DNA of 64,000 bases from the NCBI GenBank assembly GCA_030390025.1, contig CM059431.1, positions 126,606,001-126,670,000 of the forward strand. Reading direction: 5' to 3'. The translations under genes were made by a program, and so were the position numbers. Position 1 is the stretch's first letter, and the number at the start of each line of letters is the position of its first letter. Under the pieces are notes generated by a model. The model saw nothing but the letters and a program-made list of their open reading frames with translations. It made no database searches and was not told where the DNA came from. Below, in pieces: positions 22,621 to 36,129 of the stretch. This stretch comes from Squalus acanthias (lineage: Eukaryota).

Positions 22621-24929
22621 AGGAAGCAAGTTGAGAAAATGTTTGGGCAAAACATCCCTTCTCCCTTTAAGTGTCTTAAATGTAACAGGTGAGCTCCGAA
22701 ACACAATCGGCACCCAATTATTTTGTGAAGATGTTCAAGCTGTGGACAGAGCCTCTTATAAAGTTATAAAATTCTAAGAACTAAAATGCAAAACATTGGA
22801 TTTATATATTAAAGGGGAAGAGGGGCTGCATGCCAATATGATCATTGAAGTTTTTGGCCCCAAAACACTGCTTGGAATATCGAACACCCCATTTTCTGAC
22901 CCCTGCTTGCTGAGTGTGAGGCTTCACTGACACAAAATTGCCTGATCTTCAGAAGAAAATAACTGCGAAAATAACATTGTGTGATTTGCTTTAGTTTGGA
23001 AATATGTGTGTCATAACTGCAGTATAGAAATATTGGTATGATTTAGCTCTGGGGTTCCATTAAACTGGGATTTATCTTTCAAGTGCTTATCTGATATGTC
23101 CTCACTGATTGATTAGCCGATTGTACACATTCTATTGAAAATGTGGAGCTGCCCTGATTTTCATATTCCACAAGCATGGTGTATAAGATTTTACTTTGCT
23201 CCAAACGTACTCTAGTTTGAAAAGGCAACTTTAATCTTATCGTTAGATTCTGTCTCAGGTTATTTCCTGGTACTCTCTCATTATTTTAGAATGCTCTCAT
23301 TACTAGTTATAGTGCAGCAGCTGCAATGGTTTCAAATGATATTAACAATGTTAGTGATTCTATAATCAACATCCCATCTACATAATTGGGAATCTTGCAT
23401 CTAGCACATATCCATCCTGTCAGACTTTTCAAAAGGTGCAAAAGTATCACACATTTGGGGGTCACACTTCAGGGCATCATACATCTATGGGGAAAAACTC
23501 GTAATTGGCTAAAATGAGGACTTAACTGTTAAGTTACCAATTAAATGTTCCATTGATTAAATTTGAGACAATAAAAGTCTGTTTGATTCGTTTGATAAGT
23601 ACCGATGAGGAATGAGTAAATAGAAGACAACATAGGAATTAAATCCTACCCTTTTTTTCAAAGCTGCCAATCCCAAACTAACAAGCAGCAGAAATTGACC
23701 AATCAAATGAGTACAATAATTTTGTGACCTTGGTTTGTTCTGCCATTTTGAGTTTTCAGCTGGTTGAAAATAAACCTGCGTAAGGAAAATTTATGACAAG
23801 AAACTTAAAAAACAATTTAGAATAAAATGCTTGTTTTTAGTCGTAAGGAATGATTCCACAATTCTGTGTTCCCAGTGGGAAAGCCATGCTCTGAACGAGC
23901 ATGAGTCAGAAATAAGGCTACAGCATTTTTGGCCAGATTCCCCAAACTATGCACCCAAGCTTTTCATGGCCTGCTTGTTTATCCACATCTGAGTAGACTG
24001 ATGTGTATTTTTATTCTTAAATAAAAATGCTCTTGTTTTCTTATTCAGACTTCTATGCTTTTTAGCTTCTCTATTGAGCGTATGAGATATTTTGATCAAT
24101 ATATCTGTATTACTTTGTGACTTCCTGTGATATAACACTTTACTATTGTAAAGTTTCTTCAACTAATCAAATCATAGAACTGGAAACTACTGGTCCGGAA
24201 ACCAATCACATCCCAGAACTATGCAACCAATGATCAATCGATTCCAAAACAATCTCTGGAGTGTAATTTCTGAATAGTGCACAGACAAAAACTATTGATC
24301 ATATTGAACCTAAAATATCCTAACTATAGGGAAGATGGTGAGTGGTCTCAAGCCACCAAAAGATTGGACAGTAATAACAGTTTTTAAACTTCAAACATAA
24401 AATCACCGCTCCCACTGTGTAAAACTGCACACCAGAACCACATAACCTCAACCCCCTGGACTAAATGAAAGTGGCCCTCAACTTTATTCCTCCACAATTA
24501 CCCAGGCTTCAGCCCTGAAACTCCCCACTATTCACAAATGCGAAAGTTTACGTCTCGTAACTCCCACCCTTCACCAAGCTAGCTGCCCTTCTCATTCTAA
24601 CTCATCCATGCGCTGCCAATTCCATTCCCCCTCCCGATGCACCACTATCTGCAGATGCCCCTCAGAAGCAACCACTACCCAACTTCATTTCCCATTTTAC
24701 AGTAACCCCGTCTAACTGCATTTCCGATCCACAGCCTGGCTATATTTCTCCTCTCCCGATTGGGATATGGGGATAGTGTGGGAAGGTGGAGTTGAGGTAA
24801 AAGATCAGCCATGATCTTATTGAATGGCGGAGCAGGTTCAAAGGGCTGAATGGCCTACTCCTGCTTCCATTTCTTATGTTCTTAAAATATGTTCAATCGG
24901 CCTACTCCTGCTGATCTGGATTCTCCTTC

Positions 24930-25200
24930 CTCAGCACTCTTCCTCTTCCTGACCCCTCTCTTTTCCTTCTCCCTCTGCTCTTTCTCCCCTCCCCTCTCTC
25001 CTTCCACTTCTCTTTCCCTCTCCTCTCCCCTTCCACAGTCTTCTCCCTCTCCTCTTCTTCCCTGCCACTCATTGTTCCCCTTCCCGTCTTCCTCTACTCC
25101 TCATCTCCTCTCCCCTTGTCCTCTCCCACGTTCCCTCCTTTCACCCTTCACACCTGTCACCCTCCCCGACTCCCCACCTCTCCCCCTACCCCGCACATAC
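24930..25200. repeat. CT-rich low-complexity tract
   Basis: Polypyrimidine composition. Confidence 0.8.
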
Positions 25201-25460
25201 CAAATCCTTTTTGCCTCCTTTTCCCCATCACCACCAGTGGTCCCATTATCCCTCATTCTATAACCCTGCTGGAGCTAAAATAATGAATATTTGTGTGCAA
25301 TGGGGTGGGAGATTGAATAGAAAAATCCCTAAAAATAAAATTTGTAACATGCACAACCTGGAGGGTGCTTCTCAGCCCTAAATATGGCTGTTGTCCTTTG
25401 GTGCATATCCTGCAGCAGGATCTCCAAATTTATAACATCAAAGGGAGCTGTGTTGCCTAC

Positions 25461-27100
25461 ATTTTATTTTTATTCGTTTATGGGATGTGGGCGTCGCTGG
25501 CAATGCCAGCATTTATTGCCTATCACTAGTTGCCCTTGAGAAGGTGGTGTGAACCGCCTTCTTGAGCCGCTGCAGTCCGTGTGGTGAAGGTACTCCCACA
25601 GTGCTGTTAGGGAGGGAGTTCCAGAATTTTGATCCAGCGACGATGAAGGATCAGCGATATATTTCAAAGTCAGGATGGTGTGTGACTTGGAGGGGAACTT
25701 GGAGGTGGTGGTGTTCCCATGCACCTGCTGCCCTTGTCCTTCTAGGTGGAAGAGGTCGCGGGTTTGGGAGGTGCTGCCGAAGAAGCCTTGGCAAGTTGCT
25801 GCAGTGCATTTGTAGATGGTACACACTGTAGCCACGGTACGCTGGTGGTGGAGGGAGTGAATGTTTAAGGTGGTAGATGGGGTGCCAATCAAGCGGGCTG
25901 CTTTGTCCTGGATGGTGTCGAGCTTCTTGAGTGTTGTTGGAGCTGCACTCATCCAGGCAAGTGGAGAGTATTCCATCACACTCCTTACTTGTGCCTTGTA
26001 GATGGTGGAAAGGCTTTGGGGAGTCAGGAGGTGAGACACTCGCTGCAGAATACCAAGCCTCTGACCTGTTGTTGTTGCCACAGTATTTATGTGGCTGGTC
26101 CAGTTAAGTTTCTGGTTAATGGTGACCCCCAGGTTGTTGATAGTGGGGGATTTGGCAATGGTAATGCCATTGAATGTCAAGGGGATGTGGTTGGACTCTC
26201 GTTTGTTGGGGATAGTCATTGCCTGTCACTTGTGTGGCGCAAATGTTACCTGCCACTTATCAGCCCAAGCCTGAACATCATCCAGGTCTTGTTGCATGCG
26301 GGCATGGACTGCTTCATTATCTGTGGCGTTGTGAATGGCGCTGAACACTGTGCAGTCATCAGCGAACATCCCCATTTCTGACCTTATGTTGGAGGGAAGG
26401 TCATTGATGAAGCAGCTGAAGATGGTTGGGCCTTGGATACTGCCCTGAGGAACTCCTGCAGCAATGTCCTGGGGCTGTGATGATTGACCTTCAACCACCA
26501 CAACCATCTTCCTTTGTACTAGGTATGACTCCAGCCAGTGGAGCGTTTTCCCCTGATCCCATTGGCTTCAGTTTTACTAGGGCTGCTTGATGCCAGATTC
26601 TGTCAAATGCTGCCTTGATGTCAAGGGCAGTCACTCTCACCTCACCTCTAGAATTCAGCTCCTTTGTCCATATTTGGACCAAGGCTGTAATGAGGTCGGA
26701 AGCCAAGTGGTCTTGGTGGAACCCAAACTGGGCATCAGTGAGCAGGTTATTGGTGAGTAAGTGCCGCTTGATAGCACTGTCGATGACACCTTCCATCACT
26801 TTGCTGATGATTGAGAGTCGACTGATGGGGCGGTAATTGGCCGGGTTGGATTTGTCCTGCTTTTTGTGGATAGGGTATACCTGGGCAGTTTTCCACATTG
26901 TCGGATAGATGCCAGTGTTGTAGCTGTACTGGAACAGCTTGGCTAGAGGCGCGGCTAGTTCTGGAGCACAAGTCTTCAGCACGATAGCCGGGATGTTGTC
27001 GGGGCCCATAGCCTTTGCTGTATCCAGTGCGCTCAGCCATTTCTTGATATCACGTGGAGTGAATCGAATTGGCTAAAGAATGGCATCTGTGATGATGGGG
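25461..27100 (-). mobile_element. 5'-truncated copy of the 5589-8738 LINE family
   Basis: Near-identical RT peptides (MGPDNIPAIVL..., FADDCTVF) and the same 3' tail; frameshifted. Confidence 0.92.
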
Positions 27101-27371
27101 ATATTATGAACAATTAGTCCACTTTTCTGTCACCACCACAACTTCCCCTGTTATGGTGGGCTGCAGCCCTTTAAAAACTGCTCCCTTGCTGGATGTTGTG
27201 ATGCCCAGCTAAGTGTACTAGAGCCCGATCTCTTTGGACATTGTTTTTCCTGAGCGTATAGGCTATTCAAAATATGGGACAATGATTATATTGCAAAATT
27301 CAGCGTTGCCTGCTTCTTGAGCTATAGGCATAGATGTGCCAGTTCATTGGGCCAGCACAACTTCATTTTTC

Positions 27372-27410
27372 ATGTTCTGACGAAAGGTCATCGACCTGAA
27401 ACGTTAACTC
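27372..27410 (+). ncRNA. Minimal type I hammerhead ribozyme motif in a short Penelope-derived repeat (~27370-27510)
   Basis: gtt-CTGACGA-a-aggtc-atc-gacct-GAAA-cgttaac: core boxes, 5-bp stem II, palindromic AACGTT stem III. Confidence 0.7.
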
Positions 27411-28026
27411 TTTTTCTCTCTTCACAGATGCTGCCTGACCTGCTGAGTGTCTCCAGCATTTTCTGCTTTTCTTTCAGATTTCCAGCATCTGCAGTATTTT
27501 CTTTTTGTGCAACTTTATTTTTGCCTGTCTCACAAAATCAGAGCTGATACGTTTTAGTAAAATCAACATCAGCAATCACATGTCTGAAACACGATCCCAG
27601 GAGCAACAGGAGCATTTGGCACACCACAACTTGTGAGGTTCAAATCTGTATAGCTGAGCTGGTGTTCTAAGGATGGTCTAAGGATAGTCACATAAACTTT
27701 GCTCCTTTTTACTGTAAAAGAGTTTTCTTTAGTTGAGCAAACTGGTTGGTCTGACGCCATGATTTATGTGGGGTAAATGATCTTAGTAAAAAGCTTAATC
27801 AAGTTCATGTGATGTGAATGACCCAACTGCTTTCCTAACACAGACCTGCTATATCCTCTGAGTAGCTCAGACTCACCAACTAAATATGGTTCAGGGATGG
27901 CCCACTGCAGACGATCAGTGAGACCACTCTGGTTGTACGGCTATCCACCATTTTACTCCAGGGCCTGAGTATGCCTTCTTATACTAATACCATCAAATTA
28001 ATTATTACTTTTCATTATTCTATTCA

Positions 28027-28053
28027 ATATATATATATATATATATATATATA
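28027..28053. repeat. (AT)n microsatellite
   Basis: Direct reading. Confidence 0.95.
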
Positions 28054-28532
28054 TTGCTTTTCATTTAAAATATAAAATATAAATTGAACAATAAATAGCA
28101 ATAAAGGTCAGTTTGCTGTACATAAATGTGAACAAGAAACCAAACAAAATCCCTTAATGGACATAATTGAATCTGAGTCTTTGTAACATTGATATAAACT
28201 TCTAAAGATTTCTGATGTTTCAGCACTTTGTTGATTTCAGTGTAAGTTGTTTGGATCCTGTATTAAGTTCTTGTGCATGTACAGTTACTGCACTTCAAAA
28301 AGCAGTTTACTGTGTGAAGCACTTTGAGATGTTCCGTGATAACATGTTATCTAAATGAAGTATTACTATTCGACATTTGGGTCTTCTTGAGTAGGAAATG
28401 TCTTCATTGTTTGTAATCTTAACCTTATTTTATGGCCCTGAAATTGCGGTCGGAGGCATACCTCTGAAGTACACCTCCGACCTGTGAAACATTTCCGAAC
28501 TTACCTCCAGGCTCCCAGGCTGTGGAGAGTTT

Positions 28533-30616
28533 GGGCTGGATTTTCTCAATGGGGAGCTTTTGGAGGCGAGACTCCCAATTGTCGGGTTTTAGTCCCGCCT
28601 CCATTGACTTATGGCCAACCCACGCTATTTTCCCTTGATTGACCTTGTTAAGCCTGCCCAATGGACTTAGCAGGCCAATTAAGGAGAAGCCGGTTACAGG
28701 TAAAGTTGGCGAGTGATTTTTCATCTGTCAAGAGCTTTTGACAGATGAAATGTCAGCGTTTGACGGCTCTGTGAAGCTGTCAAACACTGACAATCTGTCC
28801 TCTAAGTTGAGCCCTTCCACTCAGGCTCAGTTAGAGATCTCTCCTGAGCAGAAAGCAGAAGGCTGCAGCTTTTGATAGTTCAGCGGCCATTCTGCTTTCT
28901 GTGCCGGTGAGCTGAGGGACTTCCGAGACCTGAAGGGATGAAACCTGCAGGAAGAAGTAAAGGTAAGTAAAACTTATTAAAACACTTTACACTCACCTCA
29001 CACACTTACCTATCCACACTTGCACTCATCACTCACCTACACATCTCGGCTGGTAGAGTAACTGGTAGAATAGATAAGGGAGAACCAGTGGATGTGGTGT
29101 ATTTGGACTTTCAGAAGGCTTTCGATAAGGTCCCGCATAAGAGATTAGCATGCAAAGTTAAAGCACACGGGATTGGGGGTAAGGAACTGTCTTGGATAGA
29201 GAACTGGTTGGCAGACAGGAAGCAAAGAGTTGGAATAAACGGGTCTTTTTCCGAGTGGCAGGCAGTGACTAGTGGGGTACGGCAGGGATCGGTGCTCGGA
29301 CCCCAGCTATTCACAATATATATAAATGATCTAGATGAGGGAACTAGATGTAATATCTTCAAGTTTGCAGATGACACAAAGCTGGGTGGGCGTGTGTGCT
29401 GTGAGGAGGATGCCAAGAAACTCCAGTATGATTTGGACAGGTTGGGTGATTGGGCAGATGCAAGGCAAATGCAGTATAATGTGGATAAATGCGAGGTTAT
29501 CCACTTCGGTGGCAAAAACAGGAAGACAGATTATTATCTGAACGGCAATAGATTGGGAAAAGGGGAAGTGCAACAAGACCTGGGTGTCCTTGTGCACCAG
29601 TTGCTGAAGGTAAGCATGCAGGTGCAGCAGGCGGTTAAGAAGGCAAATGGTATGTTGGCCTTCATAGCGAGAGGATTCGAGTACAGGAGCAAGGATGTCT
29701 TGCTGCAGTTGTACAGGGCCTTGGTGAGACGACACCTTGAGTATTGTGTGCAGTTTTGGTCACCTTATCTGAGGAAGGATGTTCTTGCCATGGAGAGAGT
29801 GCAGCGAAGATTCATCACACTGATACCTGGGATGGCAGGAATGACGTATGAGGAGAGATTGGGTCGATTAGGCTTATATTTGCTAGAGGTTAGAAGAATG
29901 AGAGGGGATCTCATTGAAACTTATAAAATTCTAACAGGACTAGACAGACTAGATGCAGGAAGGATGTTTCCTATGGCGGGGGACTCCAGAACCAGGGGTC
30001 ACAGTCTAAGGATAAGGGGTAAGCCATTTAGGACTGAGATGAGGAGGAATTTCTTCAACCAGAGAGTGGTGAACCTGTGGAATTCTCTACCACACAAGGC
30101 AGTTGAGGCCAATTCATTAAATATATTCAAGAAGGAGTTAGATATATTTCTTAAGGCTAAAGGGATCAAGGGATATGGGGCGAAAGCAGGGACAGGGTAC
30201 TGCATTTGGATGATCAGCCATGATCTCATTAAATGGCGGAACAGGCTCGAGGGGCCGAATGGCCTACTCCTGCTCCTATCTTCTATGTTTCTATGGCCCC
30301 TCCGACCCCCACAGACCGACGGCCCGCCTCGCTGACCTTGGCGAGGTTTGGAGCCGTCGGGAAGCCCACACTTCAGGGCTGAAAATAGGGATTCTCCAAA
30401 AAACTGCCTGTTAACTACCTGTTAACAGGCAGTTAAGTGGCACTAATTCCCTTCCCGCCTCGAGGAGACGGGACCCGGCGCGGGTCAGGCACCCGCCTCC
30501 TGGGAAGATGGCACGGATGCGGGTTGGGGGTGGGATAGGTACCCGCCCTAGATTCTGCCATTTTCCTGGCAATCCCGCCTCCTTACCCGCCTCCCCAGGA
30601 CTGGCAAAATCGCCCC
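28533..30616. mobile_element. MITE of the 2803-3638 family, inverted, nested and split by CR1
   Basis: Ends gggctggatttt / aaaatcgcccc; internal homology to 2803-3638. Confidence 0.75.
29058..30294 (+). mobile_element. CR1 LINE 3' part (RT C-half, open frame)
   Basis: YLDFQKAFDKVPH, QGSVLGP, FADDTKL, HLEYCVQFWSP; tail ttctatgtttctat. Confidence 0.95.
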
Positions 30617-31352
30617 ATTTGGGTCATGGGCCTCCAGGCGTACGCCTGTATAAAGGCCCACTGATCCCAGGGACTCAGGCGGTTCGGAAGCGTCCCGAGG
30701 TTCACGTGGGCCAGGTCCTCCAATCACAAAGGAGGATTTAATTGCAGTCATTTCCGAACGGAATCCCCTAAAGGCATGCAATGAAATCCCCAAATAATTA
30801 AACAATTTACTCAATTCTAATAAATATAAATGTTCTGAATTTCAAATTTAATTAAAAGACCTTTCCTTACACCAAATTCAATAAAAATTAAATTTTTTGC
30901 AAAATAATTTTAAACATTTTAATTCGGGCCAATATTTGCATAAACTAATTTTAAGTGTTTGTGCATCATATTTATTTTTAAATGTCTAATTTAAGATTTA
31001 TAATCACCATTACACTCATGAAATCAGGCTCTATGGCTGCTTTTACCAGCCATAAGAGTTTTGTGGGCAATTGCTGGGCAGTTGTTGGGCAAATAGCCCA
31101 ACTCTGCGCCAGCGAAACTGATTTTAAATTCGGTTCGGTAGATCTGTCAAGGCAAACCTTGACAGATCACAAGTTCCGGGTTTTCATGGTTGCGCAAGTG
31201 GAAACCTGGAATTTTCAGGGCCTTTCAGAAGGATTAGAACGGCATATGCCATCGAAGACACTGTAATTTCAGGGCCAACATAATCTGACATTCCACTGTC
31301 TGAAATATTTTCCCTCTATATGTTTTATTTTCTTAATATGGGTACAGACACT

Positions 31353-32877
31353 GGGGGAGAAATTCGGTTGGTTAGTGCCTCCTGTTAGCACCTGGCGGGG
31401 GTAATAATGGGGTGCTAATGAAGTACGCCAGGGCAAGGCGAATCCAGTGCCGCACACCAAATCTGGCCCCCCGTAGCGCTGCCGCTAACAGTTACCGCCA
31501 GGGACTTCAACGCCAAGCAGATCATGATATCAGTGAGCGTGCAATGCTCACTGGGCGCCCGATCTGCCAAATTAATTTTCACCCCCTGCCTTAGTGCCTC
31601 GCCCCGACAGCGACAGGAAGAGGAGGCATCACGCAGGCGGATGCCAGCTCCAGGGGCGCTATTTAAAGGGATCATGAGTAATGAGTCACAGCTGTCAGGT
31701 TAGTGGAGTTTCAGTGCTTCCTTGTCAGTTTGAGATTGTGCAACAGTTTAATTCAGTCATTTAAAAGTTCGTAGTTTCAGGAGTGTTGTGGCTATGGAAA
31801 ATTAGTTACATTTATTCTGACAACACATCAAAGTGCGACACTTGTTTACATTAATGGGGGCTGTACTGGCAGTCGACCTTGCCCTCCAGGATCTACTGCG
31901 GAGGGAGCGGAGTCAGCGAGAAAGACTGGAACACGTGGCCAGAGGTAGGAGGAGGGACATTGGATCTCTCACCATGACGCCTTACTCTCCGAGGGTATTC
32001 TGACAACACTTCTCCTACCTTCAATGAAGTGAGGAGCATTGTATTAGAATGCTCCGCATCACCAAGGTGGTGGTCACAGAACTCTGCCACCTGCTCCAAA
32101 CAGACCTCCAGCCTCACACCAGGATGACTTAAACCTCACATCCCTTTTGCTCACCACATGCGCATCATACCATCCCTGTGTCATGCCATATCACAATGTC
32201 CTCCTGAGCACACAGGTGAAATGAGAGAGACCACAAAATATTGCAAACTCCATTACTAAATTTATGCATAAACATATCACACATATCACAATCATTCCAA
32301 CAACTAATGACCTTTGCGCCTTCCATGATTGAATAGCTGTCATTGTGTGCAAGGCGTGAGATGTGGTTGTGAGTGTTGGTAGGTAAAGATTGTTGGTGGG
32401 TGAGTGCTGGGGTGTGGTGCTTTGGGCAGTGTGTGAAGCTTGTGGTACAGATGGTGGTATGTAGCATTTGGTGAAGCATTCAATCACCCTGACCACACGA
32501 CTGAGGTGGATCTGCCATGTGCACAGCTGCTTCAGTCCTCCGGCTCCTTCTCCTTGTTGTGCTTCTCCTTGCTGAGGCAACTGCACAGTCAGCAGTGGTG
32601 AAAATGAGCTGCTGCAGTATCAATGAATCTCCCCTTAAAGTACAGGGAAAAGCCTGTGGCAATGATGACTTGAGATTAGACTGCACCCGATATTGGTCAG
32701 CGCTTTGAGTTTACCACCACTGAGCTCGGCCATTAGCGCTTGATTTAGCGCTCCAATCTTTTCTTTCAGTAATGAGACTGAATTTTGCGTGCAGTCTGAA
32801 TCATTAGCGCCTGGCGCTAAATCTAAATTTTTTCTAAGGTTAGCGCCCATTCCTGGGCTATAATTAATTCATCCCCC
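31353..32877. mobile_element. Internally deleted Harbinger related to 9051-12332
   Basis: TIRs gggggagaaatt / aattcatccccc; flanks ACT/ATT; transposase N-terminal remnant ~31850-32130; Myb exon remnant ~32480-32570. Confidence 0.75.
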
Positions 32878-32896
32878 ATTATGTTTATGTATAATC

Positions 32897-33140
32897 AAAG
32901 AAGAACAGGGAAGTTCTTCCAGTGTCCTGGTCAACAATTATTCTTCAGCCAACGTCACTAAAACAAATGAACTGTTCATTAATCTCTTTGCTGCTTGTGG
33001 TACCCAATATTGTGCAAATTTGGCTGCTGTGTTTCCATCCTTTACAACAGTGGCTACACTTCAAAAAGTACTTGATTAACTGCGTAGCTCTTTGGAACAT
33101 CACAAGGTCATTAAATAAATACAAGTCCTTTTTTTCTTCT
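32897..33140 (+). mobile_element. DeuSINE-like 3' half with L2-type tail
   Basis: gtgtcctgg...ttacaacagtggctacacttcaaaaagtactt; same tail at 63024-63137. Confidence 0.55.
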
Positions 33141-33151
33141 TTCTTTATGTT

Positions 33152-34185
33152 GCAGGAAACAGAGAGTAGTGGTGAGCGGTTGTTTTTCAGACTGGAGGAA
33201 GGTATACAGTGTTGTTCCCCAGGGGTCAGTACTAGGAAGGACCATTGCTTTTCTTGCTATATATTAATGACTTGGATGTGGGTGGACAGGGCACAATTTC
33301 AAAATTTGCAGATGAAACAAAACTTGGAAGTATAGTGAACAGTGAGGAGGATAGGGATCGACTTCAAGAAGACAGAGACAGGCTGGTGAAATGGGCGGAC
33401 ACGTGGCAGATGAAAATTAATGCAGAAAAGCGCAAAGCGATACATTTTGGTAGGTAGACTGAGGAGAGGCAATATAAACTAAAAGGTACAATCCTAAAAG
33501 GTGGTGCATGAACAGAGAGACCTGGGGGTATATGTGCACAAATTGTTGAAGGGGGCAGTGCAGGTTGAAAAAGCAGTTGAAAAAGCATACAAGATCCTGG
33601 GCTTCATAAATAGAGGCATAGAGTACAAAAGCAAGGAAGTTATGGTGAACCTTTATAAAACACTGGTTCGGCCTCAACTGGAGTATTGTGTCCAATTCTG
33701 GGCACCGCACTTTAGGAAGGATGTGAAGGCCTCAGAGAGGGTGCAGAAAAGATTTACGAGAATGGTTCCAGGGATAGACTGGAGAAGTTGGGGTAGTTCT
33801 CCTTAGCGCAGAGAAGGTTGAGAGGAGATTTGATAGAGGTGTTCAAAATCATGAGGGGTCTGGACAGAGTAGATAAAGAGAAACTGTTCCCATTGGTGGA
33901 AGGGTCAAGAACCAGAGGACACAGATTTAAGGTGATTGGCAAAAGAACCAAAGGCGACATGAGAAAAAACTTTTTTATGCAGAGAGTGGTTAGCATCTGG
34001 GATGCACTGCCTGAAAGGGTGGTGGAGGCAGACTCAATCATAGCTTTCAAATGGGAATTGGATAAGTACCTGAAGGAAAAAAAATTGCTACGGGGAAAGG
34101 GCGGGGGAGTGGGACTAGCTCTTTCAGAGAGCTGGCACGGGCTTGATGGGCCGAATGGCCTCCTTCTGTGCTGTTGTAACCATTC
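33152..34185 (+). mobile_element. CR1 LINE 3' part, degenerate
   Basis: YINDLD..KFADETKL, VRPQLEYCVQFWAP, RGDLIEVFKI. Confidence 0.9.
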
Positions 34186-36129
34186 TATCGTTAACCAGTG
34201 AAGTTACTACTAATGGCACCATACTATTGACTGGAACTGTTTTTAAAATTTATTCAGGGAGCAATAAGACTAATCTGGCAGAAAAGCTTCAGGCAGCTCA
34301 GATGCATTATTGGAAATCTAAGTAACGGTGGAAGCTACAGCTTCACATTCTTACCATATCAGTGATAAATTGTAACAATTGTCCACTAGTCGATGATGGG
34401 GCAGGGCTATGGGCAGACTGGAAGGATGTTCTCTCTAGATGACTGATAGCAGAAGTCAAGAACATCTGCAACCAGACACATGCCTCCTACTATCCTATTT
34501 GCAGAGGATGATTTTTTTTTACAGATATAGAGTGATCTATCTTTCTGCCCACTCTTTTGGCTCTAGGCTCATCATGACTATGGACCAGAGATAGTTGAAA
34601 AAAAGAATGTTTGAAAGAGAATTGCAGAAAGGTATCAAGTTGGAAAGTTGAAAATAAAGGAAAGAATGCATTTACTTATATAATCTAACTGCCTACTGCT
34701 GATCAAATGCATCACAAGGTAGGTACATCACAAATAAAAGGATAACAATACCCCAAATTTATGTTTGGTAAGATATTGCTGTTGCTTATTTAGATAAGAA
34801 TATTTCTATTAAAACTGAAAATAAAATAAAATGTGTAATTATTAATGACAACTGTAATAGGTCATGGAAACTGCAGAGCAGATTGATTTCTGAAGAAATG
34901 GCTATTATTTCAAAAATTCTTCCCAATGTTATAAAGCCTTGCTTAATTTGTATGCTGTCTGATGCCTGCCATTGAACGTCATTTCTCTGTGATTGAAGGA
35001 CTAAATGCACATGAGGATTTTCCCTTTTCCAATAAGATATTTTGGAAAGGTGTTTGCATTCATATGTAAATTTTCAATATTTGATATTTATCAAATTTTT
35101 TCTCTTGTAACTGGAATTTAAAATGTGAAACTAGTACAAAAGAGAACCATCAATAGATATACTCTGTTTGCTGCAGAATATTCCTAAAATGAACTCGTGC
35201 TTTGGTTTCTTCATTTTCTTCTGAAGATAGTGAATTATCGATGAACTACATCACCTTATTGGCGTTAACAATGGAATTAATTCATATACAACACTTCAAA
35301 CTGGATGATCAATTTCCTCACTTTGCAGAAAATTGCAGATATTGGCCCCAAAATTCTTGGGGCTGGAGAGGGCATGAATTGCATTTACACTCAGGATAGG
35401 GGATGGTGGGGGGAGGGTCAGCCAGGGTTCTGCCCCATTTGAATTGGACCTTTAAATTTCAGTCGCGGGAGTCACAGATGGACCTTACATCTCTCCCGCC
35501 CACATAAGGAGGGCATATCGGCGGACTTCCCGGGCATCCCTGTCAAATTCTTTCCTGTAGTCCTTGAAAGGCCTCAGTGTAACTCATGCCAGTTCACACT
35601 TGGCGCAAGTCCCTTTGAGGCCTTCTTCAAAGATTTGCTAGAGTAAACAAACCTGTCCCAGAGGAAATCAATTGTCATCTCTAATTGGAATGGCTCCAGA
35701 AGGCGTTGAAGAATTTTTTTTTAAGTCCCTGGAAGACTGCACGCCACCTTAGAAGGGCAGGACAACTTAAGCAAGGGCAGCCACTGCTGATGTTTCTTTA
35801 CAGGCACCAAGTACACACCTTGGCTCTGCGAATGACCCCATCCCTGAATTCGGGATGGGGTCTCTGGCCTTGGGCAAGGCGTGAAGTTTTCTACTCAGCC
35901 GCACTTAAACCAGGCAAGTGGGGCCCCAATGCTCCTGCTTCACCCACTGCCCACAATGTCCATGGCCGCCTCTTCTAATGGGGACAGGAAGGAGATGCTT
36001 GCTACACTTGCACTAACTGCCATTTGCACTGTACAGTACTGATTTAGTTGAATTAAAGGCAATGTGCACCTCCACTTTAAGAATTGCAGGCTGTCTTTAA
36101 TAGGCGTCACTGATTTCCTGTTCCCTCAC

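Larger units (their letters stand above)
28434..31276. mobile_element. Harbinger-type MITE (outer shell of a nest)
   Basis: Perfect 12-bp TIR ggccctgaaatt / aatttcagggcc; TSD not conserved. Confidence 0.75.

Noticed and set aside
34567..34631. Exon-like segment with pyrimidine tract/AG and GT
   Set aside because: Stops in all three frames; no partner exons identified
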